Positions 50,752 through 60,825 of a DNA stretch of 64,000 nt are shown here, piece by piece; position 1 is the stretch's first letter, and the number at the start of each line of letters is the position of its first letter. Position numbers and translations under genes: made by a program. Source of the stretch: Thermodesulfobacteriota bacterium (GTDB lineage Bacteria > Desulfobacterota_D > UBA1144 > Nemesobacterales > UBA2774); assembly GCA_963422265.1 (NCBI GenBank), contig OY729416.1:704001-768000 (forward strand), in the 5' to 3' direction. Under the pieces are notes generated by a model. It did not search any database. It saw only the letters and a program-made list of their open reading frames with translations, and was not told the DNA's origin.

Positions 50752-51861
50752 TTAGTTATATACCCTTAGCTCATTGTAAAGGGCGTCTCTTTCAACGGGA
50801 ATGAAACCCGCTCCTTTAATCATACCGACCATGAAGTCACGCGTGTGTCCAAGCTCAGAGGGCGCGCCAGCGTCGTGTATAATCTTCTCGCGCATTATAG
50901 TCCCGTCGGCGTCACTGCACCCATAGTGAAGCGCTACCTGCGCCATCTTCTCACCAAGTGTGATCCAATAGGACTTGACGTGGGGAAAGTTGTCCAGATA
51001 TAGACGAGCGGTAGCGTGAACTTTAAGGTCATAAGAACCGGGGAAGAACTTGACCTGCTTTTTTAATCCCGTATTTTCGGGCTGAAACAAAACGGGTATG
51101 AAAGCGAAAAAGCCAGGAGCGTCATCCTCAATATTCCTCAATCGCTCAAAATGGTCAACCACGTGGAAAGGCTCTTCTACATGTCCGTATAGAATGGTAG
51201 CGTTTGTAGGAATGCCAATCTCATGGGCAAGTCTATGAATCTCTTCCCATCTTGTAGCTACCGTCTTAGGTGCGCAAATTTTCTTGCGCACGTCAGGGTG
51301 GAGAATCTCTGCTCCTCCCCCCGTTAGGGCGTCAACCCCATTTTCATTTAGCGTCTCAAGTATCCATTCAATACTTTTACCAGTTAATTCCGTGAACCAG
51401 TCTATCTCAACTGCAGTAAACGCTTTAACGTGCGTATCGGGGAAGTTGTCCTTAACAAGTCTTACTATATCAAGGTAATGCTGAAAATCCCAATCGGGAT
51501 GAAGCCCTCCCACAATGTGAACCTCTTTAATCTCATCACTTATCATAGACAGAATCTGATCGTGAGAAAGCTCATAGGCGGCGGCGGATTTCTTTGTGGT
51601 TCCAAAAGCACAGAACTTACATGAAATAGCGCATACGTTCGTAGGATTAACGTGACGGTTGACTACAAAATAGACCTTGTCGCCCACTCTCTTCCTTTTA
51701 ACGTAATCGGCAAGCATACCAACCGTATTAAGGTCGTCCGTGGACATAAGAGTAATACCATCTTCAAACGTAAGGCGCTCTTCCCTTTCCACTTTATCAA
51801 CTATAGGAAAGAGCGATTTATCAAAGCAGAGATTTTCTATATCTTCCAGTATTCTTTCCAT
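50752..51861 (-). CDS. mqnE: Aminofutalosine synthase MqnE-type radical SAM (CofH/MqnC family)
   Basis: NPTNVCAISCKFCAF, HIVGGLHP, KAFTAVEI, GGGAEI, IIHDAGA, ERDALYN. Confidence 0.85.
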   Translation of the reverse strand: MERILEDIENLCFDKSLFPIVDKVEREERLTFEDGITLMSTDDLNTVGMLADYVKRKRVGDKVYFVVNRHVNPTNVCAISCKFCAFGTTKKSAAAYELSHDQILSMISDEIKEVHIVGGLHPDWDFQHYLDIVRLVKDNFPDTHVKAFTAVEIDWFTELTGKSIEWILETLNENGVDALTGGGAEILHPDVRKKICAPKTVATRWEEIHRLAHEIGIPTNATILYGHVEEPFHVVDHFERLRNIEDDAPGFFAFIPVLFQPENTGLKKQVKFFPGSYDLKVHATARLYLDNFPHVKSYWITLGEKMAQVALHYGCSDADGTIMREKIIHDAGAPSELGHTRDFMVGMIKGAGFIPVERDALYNELRVYN

Positions 51862-53612
51862 CTTTCGCTTACTATCTCCTTTATTTCATCGGACATTTCA
51901 ATCACCTTAGGATACCATCTCTTTAAGGTAGCATCTATGCCCATTCTCCCTCCATAGACAACTGCCGAGCCCCTAAGCTCCGTGCGCTCAAGAATCACGT
52001 CAAGATATGGGTCAAACCTAGTAAATATACCCCAGATTAACTCTGTATTATTATGAAGGTCTATATCTGGGCTAACTACGATTATAATGCTAAGTTCCTC
52101 GTAACCCTTAGTCTGAAAGATCTCGTTAATCATTTCCTTAGGTGCATTATCCAGTTTAATGACGAGGATGCCACCTTTAAGAAGCCTCCAGTCCAGAATA
52201 TCTTTATGCTTTCCTCGTGGATCAGAAAGGCGGGCAGGCTTAGGTTTATTTCTTCTTCTGCAATTAGGTTTCCTGACTGCGTTTATACCCATCTTGCTAC
52301 CGACGTTTAGCTTCCCACTTGTAAAATCTAGGGTATCAAGCGGTGCCCACGGTATCATCAGAAAATCTTCATTGGGGTCAAAGTTATCACCTATTTCCGT
52401 CAATACTGCGTCCCAATCACGTGGATTTACATCGCTTGAAATGGTTATTATCACCTTGGTCAACAAAAGCTGCCCCGTCCCCCAAAGGGCAAGCATGGCT
52501 TTTATTCCATTTTTCGGATAACGCTCGTCAACCGCAACTACCAGCAGGTTGTGAAAGCCCGCCTCAGGGTAAGCCCACATATCCTTAACCTCTGGATGAA
52601 TAATTCGCGTAAGGGGTGAGAACATATCGCCAGCCGCCATTCCCAAGAATACGTCCTCTTTTGGAGGCTTGCCAACAGTAGTAGCTGGGTATATCGGATT
52701 TGCCCTATGGGTGATTTGATTAAGGTGATAGACGGGAAAATCAGCCTGCATAGAGTAATGGCCAAAGTGGTCGCCAAAAGGACCCTCCCGCCGTAGTTCA
52801 TTCTGGGGAACTACTCCTTCAAGTATAAACTCAGCGTTTGCGGGCACCATAACGTCTATACTTTTTCCTTTTACCATAGGTATGGGATTGCCCCGCAGAT
52901 AACTTGCGAACGCAAGTTCGTCCATACCTTCGGGAAGAGGCGCAATGGCGCTGAATATCATTTTAGGGTCCCCGCCCAGAACAACCGCAACCTCTAGGTC
53001 TTTATTTAGCTTTCCAGCCTCATGGTAATGAGCAGCGCCGCCTTTATGAGGATGCCAGTGCATACCAGTCGTCCTCTCATCGTAGATTTGCATCCTGTAG
53101 ATTCCAGTATTTCTTTTACTCGTAACCGGGTCTTGAGTAAGAACCAATCCCAAAGTTATGAACTTACCTCCGTCCAGGGGCCAGCACTTTATTATTGGGA
53201 GCTTTCTTAGATCCAGAATCTCATCTATCTGCTGAGCTACGCCATGCCGAACCTTCCTGGTCCTCATATTTATAAGCTCATAGACTTTAGGAAGGATCGA
53301 GAAAAAAGACTTAATTGAAGGGGGGTTTAGCTTGTGAAACAACTCGACAAGCTCCTCCCCTACGTCTCGCGGCTTTCTACCAAGGGCAAGCTCAACCCTT
53401 TCCTCGGTACCAAACAGGTTCATAGCAAGGGGATATTCAGCGCCCTTGACTTTCTCAAAGATCAAAGCAGGTCCCTCGTCTTTAATTACCCTGTCGGCAA
53501 TTTCAGTCACCTCGAGGACCGGATCCACTTCAGCCTTTACGTATTCAACGTCTCCTATTCTTTTTAGGTAAGAGACGTATTCCTGAAGATCGTAAAAGTT
53601 TCTTTTGCCCAT
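51837..53612 (-). CDS. ubiD: UbiD family menaquinone-biosynthesis decarboxylase
   Basis: NLFGT, GIYRMQ, EGPFGDHFGHY, GKPPKED, DTLDF...GSKMG, extra C-terminal domain. Confidence 0.92.
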   Translation of the reverse strand: MGKRNFYDLQEYVSYLKRIGDVEYVKAEVDPVLEVTEIADRVIKDEGPALIFEKVKGAEYPLAMNLFGTEERVELALGRKPRDVGEELVELFHKLNPPSIKSFFSILPKVYELINMRTRKVRHGVAQQIDEILDLRKLPIIKCWPLDGGKFITLGLVLTQDPVTSKRNTGIYRMQIYDERTTGMHWHPHKGGAAHYHEAGKLNKDLEVAVVLGGDPKMIFSAIAPLPEGMDELAFASYLRGNPIPMVKGKSIDVMVPANAEFILEGVVPQNELRREGPFGDHFGHYSMQADFPVYHLNQITHRANPIYPATTVGKPPKEDVFLGMAAGDMFSPLTRIIHPEVKDMWAYPEAGFHNLLVVAVDERYPKNGIKAMLALWGTGQLLLTKVIITISSDVNPRDWDAVLTEIGDNFDPNEDFLMIPWAPLDTLDFTSGKLNVGSKMGINAVRKPNCRRRNKPKPARLSDPRGKHKDILDWRLLKGGILVIKLDNAPKEMINEIFQTKGYEELSIIIVVSPDIDLHNNTELIWGIFTRFDPYLDVILERTELRGSAVVYGGRMGIDATLKRWYPKVIEMSDEIKEIVSERWKEYWKI

Positions 53613-53760
53613 TGTTTAGTAAAGTATACTTTTTTATTTGAGCCCCCGATTCCCCCGTTTAGACTTGACTTGTCTAGGCACGCTTTGAGTAGGGAGCACA
53701 TTGGGGAACGCCCGCACTGTAATGACCCCCGCGGATATAAACCCCTTTCACGCATATTCT

Positions 53761-54312
53761 CTACTCAAGCGCTTCGTGCTTCCACCCTTTACCAGCACTT
53801 ACCCCGAGCAGGCTTAAAACTTTATTAACGTATCCTTCTATTAAGTCATCCACTCTCCGAGCACCTGTATAATGAGGAGGGCTGATCGGCGCAATAACGG
53901 CGCCTTCTCTAGAGAGCTTAAGAGCATTTTCAAGAGCTACCGAGCTAAGCGGAGTTTCCCTTACTGCTATAACCAGCCTTCTTCTTTCCTTAAGAGCAAC
54001 CTGAGCTATACGCGTAATCAAGGTATCCGCAATACCATTAGCGATTTTGGCTAAAGTCGATATTGAACAGGGGATAATTACCAGTGAGTCAAAATGATTG
54101 CTGCCCGAGGAAAATGGCGCACCGAGATCCGAATCATTATATATATCATTGACCCAGGGACGAAGCTCCTCAGTCTTTAGATCGAGCTCCTCATGTAGTA
54201 CCCTTTTGCCCCATTTGCTCACTACGAGGAATTTATCATCCGGGCACCTACGGAGAAAATCGACTCCATAAACGACCCCTGACGCCCCGGTAAAACCAAC
54301 TATCGTGCGCAT
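53761..54312 (-). CDS. ubiX: UbiX family flavin prenyltransferase
   Basis: Start MRTIVGFTGASG at 54312; SSGS, PCSISTLA, LKERR, RETPL. Confidence 0.93.
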   Translation of the reverse strand: MRTIVGFTGASGVVYGVDFLRRCPDDKFLVVSKWGKRVLHEELDLKTEELRPWVNDIYNDSDLGAPFSSGSNHFDSLVIIPCSISTLAKIANGIADTLITRIAQVALKERRRLVIAVRETPLSSVALENALKLSREGAVIAPISPPHYTGARRVDDLIEGYVNKVLSLLGVSAGKGWKHEALE

Positions 54313-54313
54313 G

Positions 54314-55156
54314 TTACGGTAAGTATATACCAGATAATACAAATAGGAAAACGGTAACCCCGACCAGAACGTTGATCTTAAAGAAGGCAAGGTCAACGTT
54401 CTGGGCTTTTTTATGCTCTAAGTAGAGAAGAACCCCTATTGCGATTAACAACGCCGCGGAAACAATCGACCTAAATTGGTAGAAATAAAGAAAAACAACG
54501 GCAAGAAAAGCCGCATGGTGAAGGACGCTAGAAACTGAAAGAGCCGCTTCTTTCCCATAAATGGAAACCATAGAATAAACGTTGCTCTTTCTATCAAACT
54601 CTTCATCCAAAGTTGCGTAAATAATGTCAAAACCAGATACCCAGCATAGGGTAAAAAGAAAGAGAATTATAGCCGGCAGCAAGTCGCTTAAAGAACAGGT
54701 AACGGCAATCCAACCACCGAGAGGGGCAAGCCCAAGCCCAAGCCCCACCCCAAAATGACATAGATACGTAAACCTTTTCATAAGGGGGTAAATGATAAAG
54801 ACTAAAATAGGTATCGGAGAGAGGTAAAGGGTTAGGTCACAGATAAGATACGCAGCTAAGAAATACGCCAGGAGTCCCAAAACCGTTATTAAACACGCGC
54901 TTAGCAGACTGACTCTGCCCGCTGGAAGCTCTCTCTGTTTAGTTCTAGGATTCAGGCTATCGATTCTTCTATCCAAGATTCTATTGATAGCGAGGGCGGA
55001 GGTTCGCGCTCCGGCTCCGGCGACCAGTATTAAGATAAGGAGTTTAAGATCAGGGATGCCCTGAGCAGCCAATAAACTCCCAGCCAAGATCAGAGGCAGC
55101 GAAAAAAGCGTATGCTCTAGCTTGATAAAGTTTGCATAATATATTAATCTTGTCAT
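54314..55156 (-). CDS. ubiA: UbiA family prenyltransferase (MqnP-like)
   Basis: KLEHTLFSLP, NRILDRRID..NPRT..R.LP, GFDIIYATLD. Confidence 0.92.
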   Translation of the reverse strand: MTRLIYYANFIKLEHTLFSLPLILAGSLLAAQGIPDLKLLILILVAGAGARTSALAINRILDRRIDSLNPRTKQRELPAGRVSLLSACLITVLGLLAYFLAAYLICDLTLYLSPIPILVFIIYPLMKRFTYLCHFGVGLGLGLAPLGGWIAVTCSLSDLLPAIILFLFTLCWVSGFDIIYATLDEEFDRKSNVYSMVSIYGKEAALSVSSVLHHAAFLAVVFLYFYQFRSIVSAALLIAIGVLLYLEHKKAQNVDLAFFKINVLVGVTVFLFVLSGIYLP

Positions 55157-55253
55157 ACCATATTGTTAAGCATCGGAAGACTATGACTGCATCCTTTACT
55201 GGCACTTCTCCCTTTATAGAATAACCTAATTTTACACCTCAATACGTGAATAC

Positions 55254-56615
55254 GTGGCTAAAATGACGAAGCCAGAGTTGACTCAAAAAATATCCTATAG
55301 CCTAAAACAGGGCGACTTAGATGAGATAAGAAGAATCTTATCCCCTGTTCACCCTTCAGAAATAGCGAAAATAATACAGTCTTTTAGCCCTGAAAACCAT
55401 CCCAAAATACTAGAAATCCTAGACACGGAAACGGCTTCGGAAGTGATCTTAGAGCTTGAACCCGATCAGCGCGAGGAGATACTTGAGGATTTTGACGAGA
55501 CGAAGATCGCCGAGATCGTCGAAGAGATGGACTCGGACGACGCCGCCGACTTGATCGGAGAGCTTCCCAAAGAAACGGCGGAAACCGTTCTCGCCAAGAT
55601 GGATCCCGAAGAGGTTAAAGAAGTAGAGCCTCTCCTTAAATACCCCGAAGACACGGCAGGCGGTATTATGCAGACCGAGCTCGTCAAGGTCGGAGAGAAA
55701 TTTACGGTCAGAGATACAATCAATTGGATAAGGTTCATAGCGGACGAGGTAGAGGACTTTCACCTCATTTTCTTAACCGACGCGGATGATAAGCTCTTAG
55801 GACAAATATCTCTCAGTAAACTTATATTAGCCACGCACGGGGCTAAGGTAACAAGCATTATGGAACCCGTTGAAGTTACCGTAACCCCGGAAGTTGATCA
55901 GGAAGAAGTCGCAACCATATTCCAGAAATATGACATAGTATCGCTGCCTGTAATAGACGCTAGAGGGGTTCTTATAGGGAGAATTACGGCTGACGACGTG
56001 CTAGACGTCATTACGGAGGAAGCCTCTGAGGATATGATGCAAATGGCAGGGGTAGGTGAAAGCCTACATCCTATATACACGCCTACGCTCACCAGAATCA
56101 AACTAAGAACCCCGTGGTTATTACTCACGCTAATCGGGGAGTTATTCATCGCATTTATAATAGTATATGCCTTTAAGCCAACCTTAGAAAAAGTGGCAAT
56201 CCTGGCAGCTTTTATGCCCGCTATTATGGCTACGGGTGGAAACGTAGGCCTTCAAACCACTACTATAGTTATAAGAAGTCTTGGAATGGGAACGGTAAAC
56301 GTAAAGCAGATATTCAAAGTTATTTCCTCTGAGATAAGGGTGGGCATTGTCTTGGGAATCTTATGTGGTTCTATAGCGGCAATAATAGGAGCACTCATAA
56401 GCTCTAATCAGCCTGAGGTATTCAAAATAGCTTCAGCGGTATTCATAGCCATGCTATCAGCAACGCTAGCGACCTCCTTTATCGGAGTTGCGGGGCCGCT
56501 GGCGCTACATAGATTAAATTTTGATCCCGCAGCTGCCTCGGGACCATTTCTTACTATGTTTAATGATATATTCGGTTCGGTATTCTATCTATTTATAGCA
56601 ATGCTAATTTTTTAG
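55254..56615 (+). CDS. mgtE: Magnesium transporter MgtE
   Basis: MgtE_N and CBS domains (TAGGIM, GRITADD), GGNVGLQ, DPAAASGPFLT..ND. Confidence 0.96.
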   Translation: MAKMTKPELTQKISYSLKQGDLDEIRRILSPVHPSEIAKIIQSFSPENHPKILEILDTETASEVILELEPDQREEILEDFDETKIAEIVEEMDSDDAADLIGELPKETAETVLAKMDPEEVKEVEPLLKYPEDTAGGIMQTELVKVGEKFTVRDTINWIRFIADEVEDFHLIFLTDADDKLLGQISLSKLILATHGAKVTSIMEPVEVTVTPEVDQEEVATIFQKYDIVSLPVIDARGVLIGRITADDVLDVITEEASEDMMQMAGVGESLHPIYTPTLTRIKLRTPWLLLTLIGELFIAFIIVYAFKPTLEKVAILAAFMPAIMATGGNVGLQTTTIVIRSLGMGTVNVKQIFKVISSEIRVGIVLGILCGSIAAIIGALISSNQPEVFKIASAVFIAMLSATLATSFIGVAGPLALHRLNFDPAAASGPFLTMFNDIFGSVFYLFIAMLIF

Positions 56616-56651
56616 ATTCTCAATATAGATAACAGCAATAGTAACAACTTT

Positions 56652-57359
56652 ATGACGATCTCGGAAGCATTTCTAATTCGCAAAATACCCTATGGAGATG
56701 CTGACTACATAATCAGTTTGTTTACGAGAGACCTAGGCAAAATAAATGGTCTTGCTAAAAACGCAAAAAAAAGCGCAAAAAGGTTTGGCGGATGTATTGA
56801 GCCATTAGTGCACTTTCAAGTAAGCCTGAGAGATAAGCACAAGGGTTTTTATTTTATAGAGAACACCGAAACGATAGGTGTATTCAAGAAATTTATAGAA
56901 GATATAGAATTATTCACGTGGGGTAGCTTCCTGCTCGATAATATAGACGCCCTGACGGAAAATGGTCTGCCGAATGAAGAGTTATTCAACCTTTTGCTTG
57001 AGACAATAAACGAGCTTAATAACGAGAAAAGCATCCTCGCCGCCGTGCTCAGATTTCAGCTCAAGGCGCTGTCAATATCAGGCTACGAGCCCAATCTTGA
57101 CACGTGCGCCGAGTGTGAGAATGAAATAAATGGAGATTCGTTTTTTAATCTCAGAAAAGGTGGGGCGATTTGCTTAAGTTGTAGGAAACTGAAGAAAAAT
57201 AGTTTCCTAGTGTCAAAAGAATTCCTAAGGGATAAAGAGTTAATGAAAACTCATCCGAAAAAAGCGCTACAATACATAAGACTATTCGCAAAATTTACAG
57301 AATACCATACAGAGAAAAAACTAAAGTCATCACGTTTCATAAAGGAGATTGAGGTATGA
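56652..57359 (+). CDS. recO: DNA repair protein RecO
   Basis: YGDAD, GKI..LAKNAKKS.KRFGG.IEP, CAEC...CLSC. Confidence 0.92.
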   Translation: MTISEAFLIRKIPYGDADYIISLFTRDLGKINGLAKNAKKSAKRFGGCIEPLVHFQVSLRDKHKGFYFIENTETIGVFKKFIEDIELFTWGSFLLDNIDALTENGLPNEELFNLLLETINELNNEKSILAAVLRFQLKALSISGYEPNLDTCAECENEINGDSFFNLRKGGAICLSCRKLKKNSFLVSKEFLRDKELMKTHPKKALQYIRLFAKFTEYHTEKKLKSSRFIKEIEV

Positions 57360-58534
57360 TAGAGATCCCTGGATTTTTGGGAAGCTCCGTGTGGTCGGGA
57401 ATAAAGAAGGAGAAGAAAAAAGACCTTGCCCTTATATACGCTGAGTCACCGGCAAAGGCGGCTGGGTTTTTTACAACAAATCTAGCTAAAGCCGCCCCCG
57501 TATTAATTGGAATGGACAGGATTAAGAGTGGCTATTGCCAAGCGCTCCTTATTAACAGTGGTGTAGCAAACGCATTCACCGGCGAAGAGGGGCTTAAAGA
57601 CTCAATATTAACCTCAAAGCACCTAGCCGACGAGCTTGGAATTAGCGAAAACTTAGTTATCCCTTCCTCAACGGGAATAATAGGTGATCGCCTGCCAGTA
57701 GATAAGCTAAAGAAGGCTTTACCAAACCTTGTGAAAGGGCTTAGAAAGGACGGATTTTTGGACGTTGCAGAGGGAATTATGACAACGGATTCCTTCCCTA
57801 AATACGCCTCAGCGAGGGTTAGGATAGACAATAGGACAGGCACCTTGGCAGTGATAGGAAAAGGTGCTGGCATGATAGCACCCGACATGGCGACAATGCT
57901 AGCATATATACTCACTGATATAGACGTGAGTAAAAAGGCTATATCAAAGGCGCTGACAAACGGCGTTAATCAAAGCTTCAATAAAATTATTGTAGATGGA
58001 GATACTTCAACGAACGATACGGCGCTGCTCCTTTCAAGTGGAAAACTAGGCAATAAGGTGATAGAGGAAACTGATATCAATTACAGAAAATTTGAGGGGG
58101 CGGTTACTGAGCTTGCGACTGAAGTCGCCGAGATGATAGTGCAGGACGGTGAAGGTGCTACTAAGGTGGTCAAGATAATAGTCAAAGGGGCAAGAACCGA
58201 AAAGGACGCTCAGAAAATAGCTCGCACGCTGGGGACGTCGCTCCTCGTAAAAACCGCTTTTTTTGGAGAGGATCCCAACTGGGGGAGAATAATAGCGGCT
58301 GCAGGTCACGCTGGGGTTAATTTCAATCCTGATAAAATAGACCTATTTTTTGGAGACCACGAGGCGCTTAGGGATTCAAAGAACGTGATGAATGAAGAGA
58401 AGGCAAAGGATATTCTAAAAAGTCCGAAATTTGACGTTACCCTCAACGTCAAAAGTGGAAAAGCTAGCTCATTTGTAATTGCAAGCGACGTAACGTTTGA
58501 TTATATAAAGATAAACGCTCATTATAGAACCTAA
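57356..58534 (+). CDS. argJ: Glutamate N-acetyltransferase ArgJ
   Basis: NSGVANAFTG, IMTTD, KGAGMIAPDMATML, DGDTSTND, DGEGATK, DPNWGRI. Confidence 0.97.
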   Translation: MIEIPGFLGSSVWSGIKKEKKKDLALIYAESPAKAAGFFTTNLAKAAPVLIGMDRIKSGYCQALLINSGVANAFTGEEGLKDSILTSKHLADELGISENLVIPSSTGIIGDRLPVDKLKKALPNLVKGLRKDGFLDVAEGIMTTDSFPKYASARVRIDNRTGTLAVIGKGAGMIAPDMATMLAYILTDIDVSKKAISKALTNGVNQSFNKIIVDGDTSTNDTALLLSSGKLGNKVIEETDINYRKFEGAVTELATEVAEMIVQDGEGATKVVKIIVKGARTEKDAQKIARTLGTSLLVKTAFFGEDPNWGRIIAAAGHAGVNFNPDKIDLFFGDHEALRDSKNVMNEEKAKDILKSPKFDVTLNVKSGKASSFVIASDVTFDYIKINAHYRT

Positions 58535-58541
58535 TAGGAAC

Positions 58542-59651
58542 TCACTTGCTGGAATCTACGCCGACTAAATCAAACAGATTATTAACCCCTTCCTTCTCCA
58601 TATAACGAATAATCCCCCTGTTAATTTTGCCAGCCACCGCCGTGCCTTCGCTCCTGATGGCAGTTACTAATTGGAGCGCCTTCGCTCCCGCCTTTATTTT
58701 TTCAAGGGCAGTCTCAGCATCCTTAATCCCTCCAACGCCTATTATCTCGAGCCTATCCCCAGCTTCTCTATAAACGTGAGCTATAACGTCAGTAGTAAGC
58801 CTCGCATAATCCCGATCGTCCCCACTTAACCCCCCTGGACTACCCCTCCATCGCTCGCCGTATTTACCCTTGAGATTAGAATCCGAAGTAGTGTTACAGG
58901 CTATGATTCCAGTTACTGACTCTTCAAGCGCGACCGCTAAAACGTCATCAACAGCATTGTAACTTAGATCGGGAGCTATTTTGATGAAAAGGGGTTTTCT
59001 CCTCTTATCAAAACTATCCATCGTCTCGATCACGGCTCGGATAACATCAAGAATCAGTTCCTTTTCTTGAAGCTTTCTGAGCCCAGAGGTGTTTGGCGAG
59101 CTCACGTTGATTGCATAGTAATCGGCAAACTCGGACGTTCTTTTGGCGACCGCCGCATAAGCCCCCGGGGCGTCTTTATAAAGAACGCCCTTGTTTAATC
59201 CTAGACTAACGCCTATAGGAACACCTCTACCCTTGTATCTAAAGAGGTTCTTGGCAACTACGTCCATACCTCGACTGTTGAAACCAAGCCAGTTTATGGC
59301 AACGCCCGAAGAAACCATAAATAGCCTTGGCTTTGGGCTACCCATCTGGCGATTCTCAAGAACTGACCCCACTTCAACGGAGGCAAAGCCAAGGTGGTAT
59401 AATCCTAAAACCGCGCGCCCGGCTTTATCCCAACCGGCACCTACAATCAAGGGATTTTCTAGCTTAACGTCGCCACCTAAGCTAACGTTAAGCCTTTTAT
59501 CTACAAATCTCTTGCACCCATCGGCTAATAGTTCTACTAACCTTAACGTTAAAGGAGAAATCTCGGCTAAGCGTAAAGACTCGCGGGCAAGGTCATGAAA
59601 CGTTTCAGAGTCGCACTTATCAAGGATAGGTCGTATTATCTCTTTATACAT
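58542..59651 (-). CDS. pyrD: Quinone-dependent dihydroorotate dehydrogenase
   Basis: AGWDK, PKPRLF, INWLGFNS, NVSSPNT, KIAPDL, GGLSG, IIGVGGI. Confidence 0.93.
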   Translation of the reverse strand: MYKEIIRPILDKCDSETFHDLARESLRLAEISPLTLRLVELLADGCKRFVDKRLNVSLGGDVKLENPLIVGAGWDKAGRAVLGLYHLGFASVEVGSVLENRQMGSPKPRLFMVSSGVAINWLGFNSRGMDVVAKNLFRYKGRGVPIGVSLGLNKGVLYKDAPGAYAAVAKRTSEFADYYAINVSSPNTSGLRKLQEKELILDVIRAVIETMDSFDKRRKPLFIKIAPDLSYNAVDDVLAVALEESVTGIIACNTTSDSNLKGKYGERWRGSPGGLSGDDRDYARLTTDVIAHVYREAGDRLEIIGVGGIKDAETALEKIKAGAKALQLVTAIRSEGTAVAGKINRGIIRYMEKEGVNNLFDLVGVDSSK

Positions 59652-60744
59652 TAAATCTAAAAAGTATTATGTCACCATCTTGGACGACGTAGTCCTTACC
59701 TTCTGATCTCATTTTGCCTATATCTCTTAAGGCGGATTCAGACCCTGCTGAAATAAAATCATCATAATTTGCGGTTTCAGCCCGGATAAACCCCCTTTCA
59801 AAATCGGAATGAATTATGCCCGCTGCCTGAGGAGCCTTTGAATCTCTTCGCGTAGTCCAGGCTCTGACCTCTTTGGGTCCTTGAGTAAAATAGGTAATTA
59901 GTCCAAGCTTTGCATAGGCGACTTTGGCAAGCTTATCCAACCCTGAATTCTTGAGCCCTAAACCCTCTAAAAATAATTTCTTGTCATCATAAGGAAGCTC
60001 AGCGATCTCAGACTCAATCTTGGCGGAAAGGACTATAACTTCGGAGCTTTCCCTTTTAGCATAAGCCTTTATTTTAGCAACCTCCACATTCTCCGAGTCA
60101 TCAGATATATTATCCTCCGGCACGTTGCAAACGTAAACGACGGGTATGGCAGTCAATAAGGGCGTCTCTCGTATGATCTCCATAGACTTGTCGTCCGTCT
60201 GGAAGTTTATCGCTTTGCCACCACCCTCAAGGAATTGCCCCAGCTTGCTGACAACGTCTAGCTTATCCTTGATAGCCTTGTTGCCACTTTTAGCCTTAGA
60301 GGCAAGCCTTTCCGCTCGTCTCTCCAACGTCTCGAGGTCTTTAAGGAGAAGCTCGTCTTCAATTATACGAACGTCTCTAATCGCATCCATAGAACCTTCT
60401 ACGTGGACGACGTTGTCGTCCTCAAAGCACCTTACAGTATGGAGTATTAGATCTACCTCGCTAATACTGGAGAGAAAGGCGTTACCGCGTCCCTTACCCT
60501 CTGACGCACCCTTCACTAGCCCGGCAATATCTACCACTTCAAGGAACGTGGGGGTAATTTTCTTGGGTTTAACAAGCTCAGCTATTTTATAGAGCCTGTA
60601 ATCCTCAATTGGAATAATGCCAACATTATCCTCAATTGTGCAAAAGGGGAAATTGCCCACCTCCGCACCTGCGTTGGTAAGGGCGTTAAAGAGCGTTGAC
60701 TTACCCACGTTAGGGAGACCAACAATCCCGCATTGTAATCCCAT
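59644..60744 (-). CDS. ychF: ATPase YchF
   Basis: Start MGLQCGIVGLPNVGKSTLFN at 60744; FPFCTI, DIAGLVKGA, IHSDFERGFIRAE, EGKDYVVQDGD. Confidence 0.97.
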   Translation of the reverse strand: MGLQCGIVGLPNVGKSTLFNALTNAGAEVGNFPFCTIEDNVGIIPIEDYRLYKIAELVKPKKITPTFLEVVDIAGLVKGASEGKGRGNAFLSSISEVDLILHTVRCFEDDNVVHVEGSMDAIRDVRIIEDELLLKDLETLERRAERLASKAKSGNKAIKDKLDVVSKLGQFLEGGGKAINFQTDDKSMEIIRETPLLTAIPVVYVCNVPEDNISDDSENVEVAKIKAYAKRESSEVIVLSAKIESEIAELPYDDKKLFLEGLGLKNSGLDKLAKVAYAKLGLITYFTQGPKEVRAWTTRRDSKAPQAAGIIHSDFERGFIRAETANYDDFISAGSESALRDIGKMRSEGKDYVVQDGDIILFRFNV

Positions 60745-60825
60745 TGCCTTATTATATCCCGCTTCGGAGACTGAATCCACCACGTGAAAATGACGGACTC
60801 AGAGTGTCTTCTGCCTATTCCATCC

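Noticed and set aside
53564-53755. 63-aa ORF with three Cys between ubiX and ubiD
   Set aside because: It overlaps the ubiD start out of frame, and the Cys spacing matches no complete Fe-S or Zn motif.
54313-54396. N-terminal extensions in the ORF track for ubiX (also ychF 60745-60783 and efp 15048-15062)
   Set aside because: Downstream ATGs match the conserved family N-termini and the SD or promoter positions.
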